In this document: one piece after another, positions 20,348-32,908 of the stretch | How the letters are laid out: each line of letters begins with the position of its first letter | Position numbering within the stretch: the stretch's first letter is position 1 | Translations under genes and position numbers: made by a program | The notes under the pieces: generated by a model | Told to the model about the DNA's origin: nothing | The model's database searches: none | The model's input: the letters and a program-made list of their open reading frames with translations, nothing else | Source of the DNA: an uncultured delta proteobacterium | GTDB lineage: Bacteria > Myxococcota_A > Polyangia > Haliangiales > Haliangiaceae | Direction of reading: 5' to 3' | Assembly (NCBI GenBank): GCA_963848295.1 | Contig: CAWKDB010000009.1 | Location: 1-64,000, forward strand | DNA length: 64,000 nt

Positions 20348-23279
20348 ATGAACCGGCGCGCGTTCGCGCTCGGCGTCGCGCATGGTGCTGCTCGGCAGCG
20401 TCGTCGCGGTCGCGCTGAAGACGCTTCGCCGAGGCCGAGTTCCTCGCGGCGTACGGCCGCGCGCAGATGCCGTGGTTGTTGATCGCGAACGCCGGCGGGT
20501 TCGCCGCGGCGACCTCGGCTACGACGCGCTCACGCGCGGCGCGCCGCGGCGCGGTCGTCGATCTCGGCTTGCTCGCGCATGCTCGGCGCGCCGCGGCGAG
20601 CGCGCCGGCGCTGCTCGCCGCGCGGCGCGCGCGCCGGCCGTGCTCGTGGTCGCGCTCGCGGCGGCGTCGCAGGTCGCCGGGCTCGCGCTGTGGAACCGCG
20701 TCGCGGCCTCGGTCGCCGGGCGCGACGCGCGACGCATGCTGCCGCGCGCGGGCGCGGCGGCGACGGCGGGCGGCGGCGATCGCGGGCTCGGCGCCGGCGT
20801 GCTGATTCCGCGGCTCGGCCTCGCCGTCATCCCGTACGCGGCGCCGGCGTCGCGCCGATCGCTGATCGCGTCTCGCGTCGCGCAGGACCGCGCGCTCGGC
20901 GACGCGGCGGCGCGCCGCGGTCAGGCGGCTGCGCCGCGGGCGCGTGGCGGCGAGGCCGCGCCGATGTCGCCGCTGCACCGGCGCTCCTGCGCGGCGTTGT
21001 TCGCGGTCGCCGTGCTCGAAGGCGGTGGTGTCGACGGTCGATCGACCTCCAGTTCACCGCGGCGCTCAAGGCGCGGTACCACGGCGCGTCGCGTCGCCGG
21101 TCGCGCTCGCGCTGTTCTACGGCGGGCACGAACGCGATCGTGTTCGCGCCTCCAGGTCGCCGCGGTGCCGCGCCTGCTCGTGACGCGCAGCCTGCCGTTC
21201 ACGGCGGCGATCCACCCGTCGTCGTGATGCGCGGCGTACGGCGGCGTTCGCCGCGGCGCCCGGGTTCGCGCTGATCGCGCGGCACGCGCACCGCGGATCA
21301 GGTGCTGCGCGTGGCGACCTCGCGCGCGGCGCAGGAGCTCGCGCTGTCGGCGCTGCCGCCGGCGCCCCGCGCGCGCTGGAAGGTGCTGCTGCGCGGCGTC
21401 GCGTGGCCGGTCGGCGCGGTCGTCGCGGCCGCGTACGTGCTGCTCGCGCTCGGCGCCGGCCGCGCTCGCGGCGCCGTCGCGCTCGCGGGCATCGCGATCG
21501 CGATCGTCGCGCCGTGGAGGATCGCGCGCGCGCGTCGCGGCGCGTCGCTTCCAGCCCGCGCTCGCCGCGCCGCTCGGCATCCGCGCGGCGGCGAAGCGCG
21601 CGCGATCCGCGGCGCATCGATCTCGCGACGCTCGAGCGCTGGACCGAGGCGGCGGGCGGCGACGAGGAGGCTGGCCGCGCTGGCGCCGCGCCGCGCTGCG
21701 CCCGCGCGCGCGTCGACGCCGGCGATCTCGCGGATCACCTCCGCCACGACGATCGCGGCGGTGCGCGCCGCGATGTTCGATCAGCTCGCGCGCGCGCCCG
21801 GCGCCGGCGCTGCGCCGCGAGCTGCGCGCCGCGCGTCGCGATCGAGGACGACGATCGCGCGCTCGCGCTGGCGATCGCCGCGCTCGCGCTCGCCGGCGAC
21901 GATCGCCGCGCTCGCGCGCGGCCGAGTCGCGCGCCGGGCTGTCGCGCGAGGTCGACGACGCGGTCGCCGCCGCGCACGCTCGATGCTCGGCGGGAGGGCG
22001 ACGTCGCGGCGCGCTGGCGCGCGCTGTGCGCGCGCGATCCGGCGTGGCGCGCGGCGCTGCTGCCGCGACGCGTCGCGCGATCGCCGATCTCGCCCGCCGA
22101 GCTCGCGCGGCCCGCCGGCGACGCCGGCCACGCCTGCCGGCACGCGCTGATCGCGTCGTCGCGTCGGCACCGGCGAGCGCGCTCGTCAGTCCTCGCCGAT
22201 GCGCTCGCCGCCGGCGAGCCCGCCGCGACCGCGGCGATCGCCGACGCTCGACGCGACCGGCGCGGCGCGCTCGCCGCCCAGCGTCGCCCGCGCTGTCGCG
22301 CGCGCGCGCGCGCCGCGATCGCGCGCGCGCGCTCCGGCGCGCCGGCTGCGCGGCGCGCTCGTCGGGGCGCTGCTCGCCGATCGCGATCCGAGGTCGCGCA
22401 CGCGGCGCTGCGCAGCGCGCTCGCGATCGCGCGCGGCGGCGGCGAGTGCCGGCGCGCGCCATCGCGGCCGCCGCACGAGGCCGCGCTCGCGGCGCTGGTC
22501 GCGCACCTCGACGCGCGCGATGCGGCCGCGGGCTGGTCGGCCGTACGCGCGCACCGAGCTCGACGATCGCGACCGCGGCGCTGCGTCGCGCGGCTGCTGT
22601 GGGCCGGCGCGGTCGACGCCGCCGCGGCGGGCCGCGACCCGGCGCCGCTCGCCGCGACCGCGCGCCACCTGCCGGCGGACGCGAGGCCGACCGCCGGCGC
22701 GCGCTCGATGTCGTCCAGGAGCTGCAGGCCGGCCGCGCCGAGATCCTCGTCGGTGCTCGAGCGCTGGACATGCCGCCGCCCCCGCCGCGACCGGCGGCGA
22801 GGCCACCGCGCTCGCGACCTGCACGATCCGTGGCTCGCGCGGCTCGGCGCCGGCGCGCTCGTCGAGTCGCGAGCCCACGCTCGCCCTGCTCCGCCGCGCG
22901 TCGCTGTTCGCGGCGATCGCGGCGCCCGCGCTCGTCGAGCTCGCCGATCGCGCCGAGCGGCGCGTGATCACCGGCACCCTGTTCGAGCGCGGCGCGGTGG
23001 GCGATGCGATGTACGTCGTCGCCTCCGGCGCCCTGCTCGCGCGCCGCGCGCCGGACGCCGACCCGCGCCGCGTCGAGCTCGGGGGCGTCGATCGGCGAGC
23101 TCGCGGTGCTCACCCGCGCGCCGCGCGCCGCGACCGTCGTCGCCGACGGCGAGGCCGAGGTGCTGGTCATCGATCGCGCGAGCTTCGGCGTCGCCGCGCG
23201 CCGCGCCCCCGAGCTCGTCCTCGGCCTCTCGGCCACCCTCGCCGGCTGGATCGCGCCGGATCGTCCGGATCTGCTCTAG
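20348..23279 (+). CDS. Npt/TLC-like MFS domain + HEAT repeats + cyclic-nucleotide-binding domain protein (heavily frameshifted)
   Basis: AEFLAAYG..QMPWLLIA and TM segments; Ala-rich HEAT fragments; C-terminal TLFERGAVGDAMYVVASG..IGELAVLTRAPRAATVVA cNMP signature. Confidence 0.65.
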
Positions 23280-23374
23280 GTTCACGAGGGAAGCGCGCAG
23301 GCGCGTTCCCCGAGGGACGTCCGAGCCACCGCCGCGCCGGCGGCGACGCGACCGGGCGACGAAGTCGCCGCGGC

Positions 23375-25696
23375 TCAGAACTGGAAGTAGATGAACGGCA
23401 CGATCTTCGTGTGCGAGAGCTCGCGCAGGACGAGCGCCGCGGCGCAGCAGCGACGCGCCCTGCGCCGGCGCGGGGAGCGCGCACGAACCGCATCGCGCAG
23501 CCAGCGGAAGCTGCCGTCGGCGAAGAAGTGGCAGAGGAAGCCGGCCACGAGCGCGAGCGTACAGCATCGGGATCGACGTTCGCGTGATCGGTCTCGAGCG
23601 CGCGCGAGCTGGCGGAGCACGCCGAGCGCGGCGTCGAACGTCGGCGCGCGGAAGAAGATCCACGCGAGGCACACGTAGTGGAACACCAGCACGACCGCGA
23701 GCGCGCGCCGCAGGTAGCCGCCGAGCTTCGCGAGCGTCGCGTCCACGCCGCGCTCCACGACGTCCGCGGCGATCGCGAAGCCCCACACGGCGACGATCAG
23801 CGGCAGCCACGTCCACGACTCCCCGTAGCCGAGCGCCGCCACGAAGCCGATCGCCGGTCGCGCACATCGCGAGCCGCAGCAGCCGGGCGTCCAGCGCGCG
23901 GGCTCGCGCACCGGCTCGTCGGCGAGCGCCGCGCTGCGCCGGAACAGCGTGCGCCACGGGCCGCCCTCGTCGGCCTCGAGGTGCGGCGACGCCACCGGCG
24001 CGTCCAGCACGTCGGCGCCGAGCCACGCGGTCAGCGCGGCCCACAGCGGCGTCAGGTAGAGCCACGCCGCCACGAGCTGCCACCACACGCCGGCGGCGTG
24101 CAGCAGGAGCCGCTGCAGCACGAAGCCGATCACCGCGACGCCGCACAGCCGCGCGACGATGCGCGGGCCGGCCTCGGATCGCGCGCCGTGCTGCGCTGGA
24201 AGTAGCGCGTGACCGCGAGCCCGAAGCCGTGCAGCGCGCCCCACACGATGAACGCCCAGCTCGCGCCGTGCCACAGCCCGCCGAGCAGCATCGTCAGCGA
24301 TCAGGTTCACGTACGTGCGCCACTCGGCGCGCCGCGGTTGCCGCCGAGCGTGATGTAGAGGTAGTCGCGCAGCCAGGTCGACAGCGAGATGTGCCAGCGC
24401 CGCCAGAACTCCTGGAGGTTCGCCGCTGCGATACGGCGTGCGGAAGTTCTCCGGGCAGCTCGAAGCCGAGCACCTGCGCCGAGCCGATCGCGATGTCGGA
24501 GTACGCGGAGAAGTCGAGGTAGATCTGCAGCGCGTAGCCGTACACGCCGGCGAGCACCTCGACCGCCGAGAACCGCTCGGCGCTCTCGAACACGCGGTCG
24601 ACGATCGACAGCGCGAGCGTGTCGGCGAGCGCGATCTTCTTGAACAGCCCGACGACGATCCGGAACAGCGCCGCGCGTCGCGGCCTCGAGCTCGAGCGCC
24701 GGCAGGGCGTCGAGCTGCGGCAGCAGATCCTGCGCGCGCACGATCGGGCCGGCGACGAGCTGCGGGAAGAACAGCACGAACGTCGCGAACTGGACGACCG
24801 AGCGCGGTCGCGCTGCAGCTGCCGGCGATAGACGTCGATCGTGTACGACAGCGACTGGAACGTGTGGAACGAGATGCCGGCCGGCAGGATCAGGTTCAGC
24901 CGCCGCACCGGCAGGTGCAGCACGTCCTGCGTGAAGAAGTCGGCGTACTTGAAGAAGACCAGGATGCCGAGGTTCGAGCACAGGCTCACGATCACGAGCG
25001 CCTTGCGCCGCGCACGGGTCCTCGGTGCGCTCGATCCAGAGCGCCGAGGTAGTAATCGAGGACGATCGTCCCGAGCAGCAGCGCGAGCAGGTAGCGATAC
25101 GGCCCCGGCATCGCCGCCGCCCACGCCTGATAGAACAGGCTCGACGCGACGAACAGCACGATCACGCGGCCGAGCGCGCGCGTCTGCGTCCGCGCTCGGC
25201 GGCGCCGAGCCCGACGCCGAGCACGAGCAGCACGAGCAGGTGCGCCGTAGCGCGCGATCTGCGCCGTCATCGCGGTCGAGCGTGCCCGCGCTCTCGCCGA
25301 TCGCGACCGTCGCGCCGACGAGCGGCGAGCACCGCGACGAGCCCGCGCGCGATCGAGCGCTGCCCGCGCGCCGACGCGATCCACGCGCCGCGCGCCGGCC
25401 GAGCCACATCGCGCCGCCGAGCACGGCGAGCCCGATCGGCCACTCGCCACGGCGAGCCGGCGAGCGGCCGGTCGCACTGCGCGTCGTAGCCCGCCGCGAC
25501 ACCGCGCAGGAGCATGCCGCCGAGCGGATCCCACAGCGCGTCGGGATCCTTCGCGACCAGCACGAACACGAGGTCGCCGAGCGACGACCATGAGCGCGAC
25601 GCGCGCGCCCACCGCGGCGCGCTCCACCGCGACGAGCGCGTAGAGGAAGAATACCGCGATCAGGAAGAGCGGATAGTCGGGACTCGAGAACAGCAT
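23375..25696 (-). CDS. MBOAT O-acyltransferase, AlgI/PatA-like (frameshifted)
   Basis: MLFSS start; [64 protein letters not shown]; ends PFIYFQF. Confidence 0.9.
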
Positions 25697-25699
25697 CGG

Positions 25700-27193
25700 C
25701 TACGTGCGCCCGACCGGGCCCGGCAGCGGCGGCGTCGCCATCGCGTGCGCTGCGGCGGCGCAGCCGGCGACCGGCCGCGACGGCGGCAGGTGCTGCGCCG
25801 CGCGCCAGCGGTCGTAGCTCGCGAGCAGCGCGCCCGACAGCGCGTCGGCCCAGCACTGGTAGCCGAGGTCGGTGAAGTGAACGTGATCCTTGTACGCGAT
25901 CCTGCGGCTCGTGCGTCGACCCACGCGTGCCATCTGGTCGGCGCCGCCCATCGCCGCGAACGTGTCGAAGAACGCGACGTGGTTGCGGATCGCCGCCGCG
26001 TGCTCGACCGCGATGATCTCGCCGAGCACGATCGGGCGTGCGCCACTCGCACTCCGGGATCACGCCGAGCGTCGGGCTTCGCGCTTCGCGTGGTCGCACG
26101 CGCGTGCCGCCCTCGCGCATGCCCATGTCGCGGCGGCCCGAGGATCAGGATCGACGCGGTCGGCGCCGCCGCGCGGATCCGCAGGATCGTCTCGTCGTAG
26201 TAGTGCGCGAGCGCGTCGAGATCGAGATCCGGGTCGTCGGCCTCGTTCGTGCCGTACTGGAGCACGACGAGCCGCGGATCGCGCGTCGCGAGCTGCTCGC
26301 CGATGATCGACCAGTCCCACGAGCGCAGGCTGCCGAGCCGCCGCCCGACGACGCCGAGCGAGTCGACGATCACGCCGGGCCGCAGCCGCTCCATCACGAC
26401 GCCGAACAGGTCGAGCACGCCGCCGCCGCCGTGCTCGAGCGTCAGCTTGTGCGGGCCGTCGGCGACCGGCACGACCTGGCGCGCCGGGTGCGGCGGCTCG
26501 ATCGGCGGCGGTCTTCGTCGACGAGCTGCTGCCACGGCCGTCGTCGACCGCGATAGCGCAGGACGCCGTGATCGGGCGCCGCGTAGTAGAGGATCTCGAA
26601 CTGCCCGACGCCGTGCCGGCCGGGCAGTCGGCGCACGTCTCGACCCACAGCTGCGCGCCCTTCTGCGTGCCCGGTCACCCGCATGCCGACGATGCCGAAC
26701 GGCTCGCTGTCGCCGCGCTGCGCCGCCGACCGCGCGCGTGCCACGCGCCGCGTCGTGCCGTAGTGCACGTCGCGCTGGTAGTAGTGCCGCGTCGGCGGAT
26801 CGGCCGGCGCGCGACGAGCCCGCGCCCGGCGTCGCCGAACCGCGTCTGCAGCGTCGACGCGCATCCGCGAGGTCATCGAGTCGCCGGCGGTGTGCGAGTC
26901 GCCGAAGAACAGCAGCGAGCGCGCGGCCGCTCGGCATCCGCCGCGCTCGGCGGCGGCGAGCCCGGCGAACACGCCGTCGAGCGTGCCCGGCGGCGCGTCG
27001 AGGAAGCCGCCGCATCGTCGGCGCGGCCCGGCGTCTCGTGCGACGCGCCGCCCTCGGCGGTCGCACCGGCATCGCGTCGATCGGCGCGAGCGGCGGCGGC
27101 GCTGCGGCTCGACCGTGCGCGCCGCCGCGATCGCACCTCGCAGCACGCCGCAGCCGAGCGCGCAGCGCGGCAGCCGCTGACCGCGCGACTCAC
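25700..27193 (-). CDS. SGNH/GDSL hydrolase-family protein, PatB/Ape-like (frameshifted)
   Basis: FFGDSHTAGD, LQYGTNEA, DHVHFT. Confidence 0.8.
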
Positions 27194-28599
27194 GTGCAGC
27201 CGCATACGCTTGGCGCCTGCCATCAGCGCGTCGAACACCGCGTCGGCCATCTGGTTCGCGCCGCGCTTCGACAGGTGCTGGAAGTCGCTGCCGATCGAGG
27301 CCGCGCGCGAACCACTTCGCCGCCGAGCCCTTGCCGCCCATCCAGTCGTACGTCGAGAAGAACGCGCAGCCCTGCGGCGTGCGCCGCCTTGCGCTGCGCC
27401 GTCGACGAGCACCGGCATCACCGGGCGCGACGGATACTCGCCGTCCTTCGCCTCGGCCTGATCGGTCGGCGACACGACGAGGCACGACGCCCTCGGGCCG
27501 CGCCTTGCGCATCGGCGCGAGCACCTTCTCGTAGTGCGACTGGTAGAGCTTGGTGTCCTGCATCGCCGGGGCCGAGCCACTGCGCCTCGTTCGCGCCGAT
27601 CATGATCATCACGAGGTCGGCGCCGCGGTGCGCGAGCTCCTCGGTCCAGTGCGCCTGGTCGTTGTTCGCCCAGCTCTTCACGTTCACGCTGACGACGCCG
27701 AGGTTGTCGACGACCGCGCCGCGCGTCGTTCTCGAGGTCGATGCCGAACATCCGCGCGCGGCCCTCGGTCGTGATCTCGAGCTTCTTCGCGCCGTCCGTC
27801 ACGGTCGCGGCGGCGTACCCCGGCGCCTTCGCGTCGGCGCGCGTGTCGGCGCGCAGCACCTCGGTGCCGTCCGCGGCCACGATCGCGCGTGCCGCCCTTG
27901 GGCTGCGCGAGGTAGTAGAGCTCGAGGCGTCGTCGCGGTGCCGGACGACGAGCTTGATCGTGGCCTCGCCGTCGGAGGTCTCCGTGGTCGAGCCGCCGAC
28001 GCCGTACAGGCCGTCCGCGACCTGGATCGTCGAGATCGCGTGCGTCGCCCAGTCGCCGGAGTGCGACCGCGTGATCGCCTCGTGGCCGTTGAAGCGGTGC
28101 GGCGTCGACGACGAAGACGAAGCCGGGCCCGCCGTCGCCGAGCTCGGCCTGCAGCTTGCTCGCGCAGCCGGCCGGGGATCGCGTCGTTCGCGATCACCGA
28201 GTCGCCGTACCACGACGCGCGCAGCGCGCGACCGAGCTTGCCGGCGCGCGCCGCCGCGAGCGCGCGATAGAAGCCATCCATCGCCCAGCGCTTGCAGTCG
28301 GTGTTCGTGCCGTCGAGGCAGGTGTCCTCGAGGAGGCCCTTGCTGCGATCGGGGCCGGGCGCCACGATCGGCACCGCGGACCTGTCGGGCTCGGCGGCGT
28401 GGTCCGCCCCGCGATCGGCGGTGATGATCGGCTTCGCGGCGAACCCCGCGGCGGGAGCGGCGACCGGTGTGCGCTTCGCCACCAGGCGATCCGCGATCGC
28501 CTGGGGCCCGCCGTCGATCACGCAGACCGCGGCGATCAGCAGCACGCAGAACCACAGGATCATGGGCGCGATCGTCCAGCTCCGGTCCGCACCCGACAT
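27190..28599 (-). CDS. Second SGNH/GDSL hydrolase-family protein (frameshifted)
   Basis: WYGDSVIAND, MIGANEA, DFQHLS; N-terminal TM helix. Confidence 0.8.
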
Positions 28600-28692
28600 C
28601 TGGTCGAAGGTATGCGATGCATCGTCGGAGTCAAGTTGGCGCCGGAGCTGCGAGCAGTCTGCGAGATCGACGGCGTGCTAGAGTGAGGGCTC

Positions 28693-29673
28693 GTGAGAGT
28701 TCGAGCTGTCGTGGTGGCGCTCGCGATCGCCGGCTGCGCTCCGCCGCCGCCGGAGCCGGCGTTCGTCACGCCACCGCCGCAGGACCCGCCGGTCACGGAC
28801 CCGGTCGTCGCGCAGCCGGTGGCCGCGCCCGATCCGGGCTCGGTCGGCCAGGTCGTCGACCACGCGGTCGACTTCAAGTTCCAGGGCGGTCAGATCGAGT
28901 TCGACCTGCGCCAGGACGGCGATCGCGTCGTCCAGGTCGCGCGCAACCGCTACATGGTCCCGGTGATGATCCACTGGGAGATCTCGACGCTCGCCAACCT
29001 CGAGCCGACGAGCGCGATGTCGGGCGCGACGCTGCTCCCCGCCGCCGCGAAGCCGCAGGCCGCCGGTGCCGCGGTCGAGCTCGCCCAGCTGCGCATCCTC
29101 GACGGCCGCAAGAACTTCCACCGCGAGCTCGCGTTCCGCGCGCGGTTCGGCGATCCGCGCGCCCAGCCCGCCGACTACGCGTACGGCATCCCGTACCTGC
29201 GCGGCCTCATGTACTCCGTGCTGCAGGGCTTCCACGGCGCGTTCTCGCACAAGGGCTCCAACGAGTACGCGGTCGACTTCGACTGCCCGGTCGCGACCCG
29301 GGTCCTCGCGGCGCGCGACGGCGTGATCGTGGCCACGAACGATGCCGCGCAGGGCTCGGGCACGTCGCCCGAGTTCCTCGAGTACAAGCGCGTGAACTTC
29401 GTCCTCGTGATGCACGACGACGGCACGATCGGCGAGTACCTCCACCTCTCGCCGAGCGGCGTGGTCGTCAAGCCGGGCCAGCACGTGCGGCGCGGCCAGG
29501 AGCTCGCGCTGTCGGGCTTCACCGGGTACTCGTCGACGCCGCACCTGCACTTCCAGGTCATGACGGCCGCCACCGACGGCATCGCCGCGCACTCGTTCCC
29601 GTGGCGCCTCGCCGTCGCGCCCGATCGCACCGAGGCGCCGGTCCAGGGGCGCGCGTATCTGTCGTGGGAATGA
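28693..29673 (+). CDS. M23 family peptidase lipoprotein
   Basis: LAIAGC lipobox; SHKGSNEYAVDF, YLHL, PHLHF. Confidence 0.9.
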   Translation: MRVRAVVVALAIAGCAPPPPEPAFVTPPPQDPPVTDPVVAQPVAAPDPGSVGQVVDHAVDFKFQGGQIEFDLRQDGDRVVQVARNRYMVPVMIHWEISTLANLEPTSAMSGATLLPAAAKPQAAGAAVELAQLRILDGRKNFHRELAFRARFGDPRAQPADYAYGIPYLRGLMYSVLQGFHGAFSHKGSNEYAVDFDCPVATRVLAARDGVIVATNDAAQGSGTSPEFLEYKRVNFVLVMHDDGTIGEYLHLSPSGVVVKPGQHVRRGQELALSGFTGYSSTPHLHFQVMTAATDGIAAHSFPWRLAVAPDRTEAPVQGRAYLSWE

Positions 29674-29689
29674 CGTAAGCTCGACGGGC

Positions 29690-31015
29690 ATGCGCCCCTG
29701 GGGACTCGTCGCGATGCTGTGCGCCGCGCACGCGTCCGCGGCGCCCGTGCCGCCGACGTTCGTGGGCGGGCCGCGCGCGTTCCCGCTGTGGGCCGGTCAC
29801 CCCGCGCAGCTCCGCGTGACGTGGAACCCCGTCGCGGGCGCCACGCACTATCGCGCGACCTGGCAGGGCGTCGATCACGACGTCGCGACGCCCGCGCTCG
29901 AGCTCGCCGAGCCGAGCCCGGGACAGCGGCCGCTCTCGGTCGTCGCGCTCGACGCCGGCGGCCACGCGAGCCCCGCCGCGACGGTCCTGATCGACGTCGT
30001 CCCAATCGTCGCGATCGCGCCGGGCGCGACCGAGAGCGCGCAGACGCCGGCGTTCGCGGTCGGGACGCGGTTCTCGTCGCCGGGCGCGACCTGCGCGCTC
30101 GACGCGGGCGCGCGCGCCGCGGAGATCCAGGCGACCACGCCGGGCCGCGTGTGGCTCGCGTGCGGCGCCTACGCGACGCCGATCATCGTCGCGCCCGTGA
30201 TCGTCGCGACCGAGGCGCCCCCGCTCGCGCGCGAGGCCGCGGCCACGATCCACGTCACGGTCGCCTCCGTGGCGCCGCTCGGCGATCGCCTCGACATCGA
30301 GGCGATCGGCGAGCTCGATCTCGGCGAGGCGCAGCGCACCGAGGGCGGCTTCGATCTCACCGTCACGCCGCGCGCGAAGGCCACGGCGATCGGCCTGCGC
30401 GTCGTCGCGGGCAACCTCCCGATCGGCGGCGTGGACCTCGCGCTGTCCGAGCGTAGCGCGCCGGTCGCGCCACCACCGCCACCGGTGGGCGCGGGCTGGC
30501 TCGCGGTCGATGCGGGCCTCCTCGCCGGCCTGTTCGCCCCGCAGAGCGCGGGCCTCGCGGCGACGAACCTCGGTCACCCGATGGCGCCGGCCGACGCGAT
30601 CGCGACCGGCGGCGCCCTCGCGGGCCACCTCGGCTACTTTCCGATCCCCCGCGCCGGCCTCGAGGCGCAGATCGCGATCATGCCGGGCAGCTACGCGGCC
30701 GGCAGCGGCACCGCGCTCGTCCTCTCCGAGCGGCTCCAGCTCGCGATCCGCGCCGTCGAGGACGGCCGGTTCGGGCTGCGCGTCCTCCTCGGTGCGGACC
30801 TCCTCACGCAGCTCGCCGAGCGCGGGACGTCGCGTCACGCCACCAACGGCGCCGTCCACTACGGCGCGGCCGTGACGCTCGCGATCGCCCGCGACCTGTC
30901 GCTGCGCGTCGAGGCCCTTCACCTGATCACGTCCGCGCGTGACGCAAGCTACGCGAGCAGCCTCCTCGCGCAGGTCGGTGTGGTGATGCGCTTCGGTCGA
31001 CGCGATCGCTGGTAG
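29690..31015 (+). CDS. Secreted protein with FN3-like N-terminus and C-terminal OM beta-barrel-like region
   Basis: Signal peptide; VTWNPVAGATHY; amphipathic beta strands ending VVMRF. Confidence 0.6.
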   Translation: MRPWGLVAMLCAAHASAAPVPPTFVGGPRAFPLWAGHPAQLRVTWNPVAGATHYRATWQGVDHDVATPALELAEPSPGQRPLSVVALDAGGHASPAATVLIDVVPIVAIAPGATESAQTPAFAVGTRFSSPGATCALDAGARAAEIQATTPGRVWLACGAYATPIIVAPVIVATEAPPLAREAAATIHVTVASVAPLGDRLDIEAIGELDLGEAQRTEGGFDLTVTPRAKATAIGLRVVAGNLPIGGVDLALSERSAPVAPPPPPVGAGWLAVDAGLLAGLFAPQSAGLAATNLGHPMAPADAIATGGALAGHLGYFPIPRAGLEAQIAIMPGSYAAGSGTALVLSERLQLAIRAVEDGRFGLRVLLGADLLTQLAERGTSRHATNGAVHYGAAVTLAIARDLSLRVEALHLITSARDASYASSLLAQVGVVMRFGRRDRW

Positions 31016-31025
31016 GATGTCTGGC

Positions 31026-31937
31026 ATGTGCCCGGTGTGCTCGGCGCGTGCCAGCGAGATCGGCGTCCTCTGCGAGGAGTGCCGCGACGAGCTCTCGAGC
31101 CCGATCCAGATCATGCCCGAGCAGATCCAGGTCGCACGCGACCGCGCCCACGCAGACCGCGCTGATCGATCTGTGGGGACGCCCGTTTGGCCTCGATATC
31201 CGGACGCTGATCGGCCGGCAGATCGAGGGCAGCGGGCTCGCGATCCTCGAGGCCTCGCGTGTCGCGCAACCACGCGCAGATCACCCAGGACGCCGGCCGC
31301 TGGTACGCTGAAGCGATCTCGGCTCGGCGAACGGCACCTGGACCGACGATCGCCTCGTCGAGGCGCCGATCCAGCGTCCACGACGGCGACCGGATCCGGT
31401 TCGGTCACATCGCGTTCTACTTCGTCACCGACGTGTCGCGGCTCCCCGAGCCGGTGCTCGGCAGCCGGACGCTCACCGCCACGCTCAAGCCGAGCGACAT
31501 GAGCCGGCGCACCGCGGCCAACCAGGCGCTGACCGCGACCGCCACCACCGATCGCGAGGAGGAGGAGCGCACGAACGTCGGGCTGCCCGACGATGCGCGT
31601 TCCGGCTGCACGAGCCGACGGGCGGCGGCGGCGGGCTGATCGAGGTCGACGGCAAGCAGGTCCAGCTCACCACGACGCAGTTCGAGCTGATGGCGCTGAT
31701 GATCAAGCGCATGGCCGCCGAGGCGCACCAGCCCGAGCTCGTGCGCGGCTTCGTCCGGTCGAGCTCGAGCTGATCGCGGACCTGTCGTGGGACACCCGCG
31801 AGCCGAGCGAGAACCACGTCAAGCAGCTGGTCCGGCGGGTGCGCCGCGCACTGATCAAGTCCGAGATCGGCGACTTGATCGAATCTCGGCATCGTTTCGG
31901 CTATCGTCTGCGCGCGATCCCGAAGACGACTGAGTAG
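31026..31937 (+). CDS. Zn-ribbon + FHA + winged-HTH regulator (frameshifted)
   Basis: CPVC...CEEC; TLIGR..VSRNHA..GSANGT..DGDRIRFG (FHA); LTTTQFELM..VKQLVRRVRRAL..RFGYRL (OmpR-type wHTH). Confidence 0.75.
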
Positions 31938-31948
31938 TCATGCGGTAG

Positions 31949-32890
31949 ATGCAACGCTCATTGTTTCGCGGCCGTCGCTCGCTCGCGCGGCCTCCGCGGC
32001 GTTCGCCGATGATCCCAAGTTCGTCTACGGCAAGCTCGACCGACGTCAAGGACGTAAGAAGGACGTCGAGTGGACGCCTCCGCCGAGGCCGGGCGTCGTG
32101 TTCACGACGGGCAACTCCGAGACCACGACGATCACCGGCGGCTTCCACGCCTCGCGCAGGACCGAAGCGACAACAAGTTCTCGCTCGAGGGCAGCGGTCG
32201 CCTACGCGAAGTCCGGCATCGCGCGACGCTGAACGACCAGAACGGCAACGGCATGATCGATGACCCCGAGCGAGATCGTCGACCGTCGAGTCGATCACCG
32301 CCGAGACCTACAGCGGCAAGGCGCGCTACGACCGCTATCTCGACACGACCGACTCGCTGTACGTCGCCGCGCTCGCCAGCCGCGACGTCCCGGCCGGCAA
32401 GGAGGCTCGTCTTCGGCGGCCAGGCCGGCTACAGCCGCCAGCTCCTACAAGTCGAAGAGTCGCGAGGCGCTCGGCGAGCTCGGCTACGACTACTCGCACG
32501 AGCAGCCTGACCTCGGGCACGGCCGAACGAGAACTCGATCCACTCGCTGCGCGCGTTCCTCGGCCACAAGGGCAAGCTCACCGAGGGTACGGACCTCGCG
32601 ACGTCGGTGGAGGTCCTGACGAACCTCAACACCGAGAACCTGCGCCGACGGCCGCGACAAGGACGGCGGCCCGCTCAAGGACACGCGCGTGCAACCTCCA
32701 CATCGCGATCACGCGCGAAGATCGGCAAGAACCTCGCGGTCGCAGACCTCGATCGACTCGAAGTACGACAACCGGCCCGGCGCCGCATCAAGATCCCCGC
32801 CGGCGTGACGCTCGCGCCGGACTACGTGCCCGAGGCCGACGAAGCTCGACACGATCATGAAGGCGACAGCTCATCTACACCTTCTTCTAG
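31949..32890 (+). CDS. DUF481-like outer-membrane barrel protein (frameshifted)
   Basis: VFTTGNSETTT, RYDRYL, GGQAGYSRQL, ELGYDY, KYDN.P; ends IYTFF*. Confidence 0.65.
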
Positions 32891-32908
32891 CGAGCCGCGA
32901 CGCCCCGC

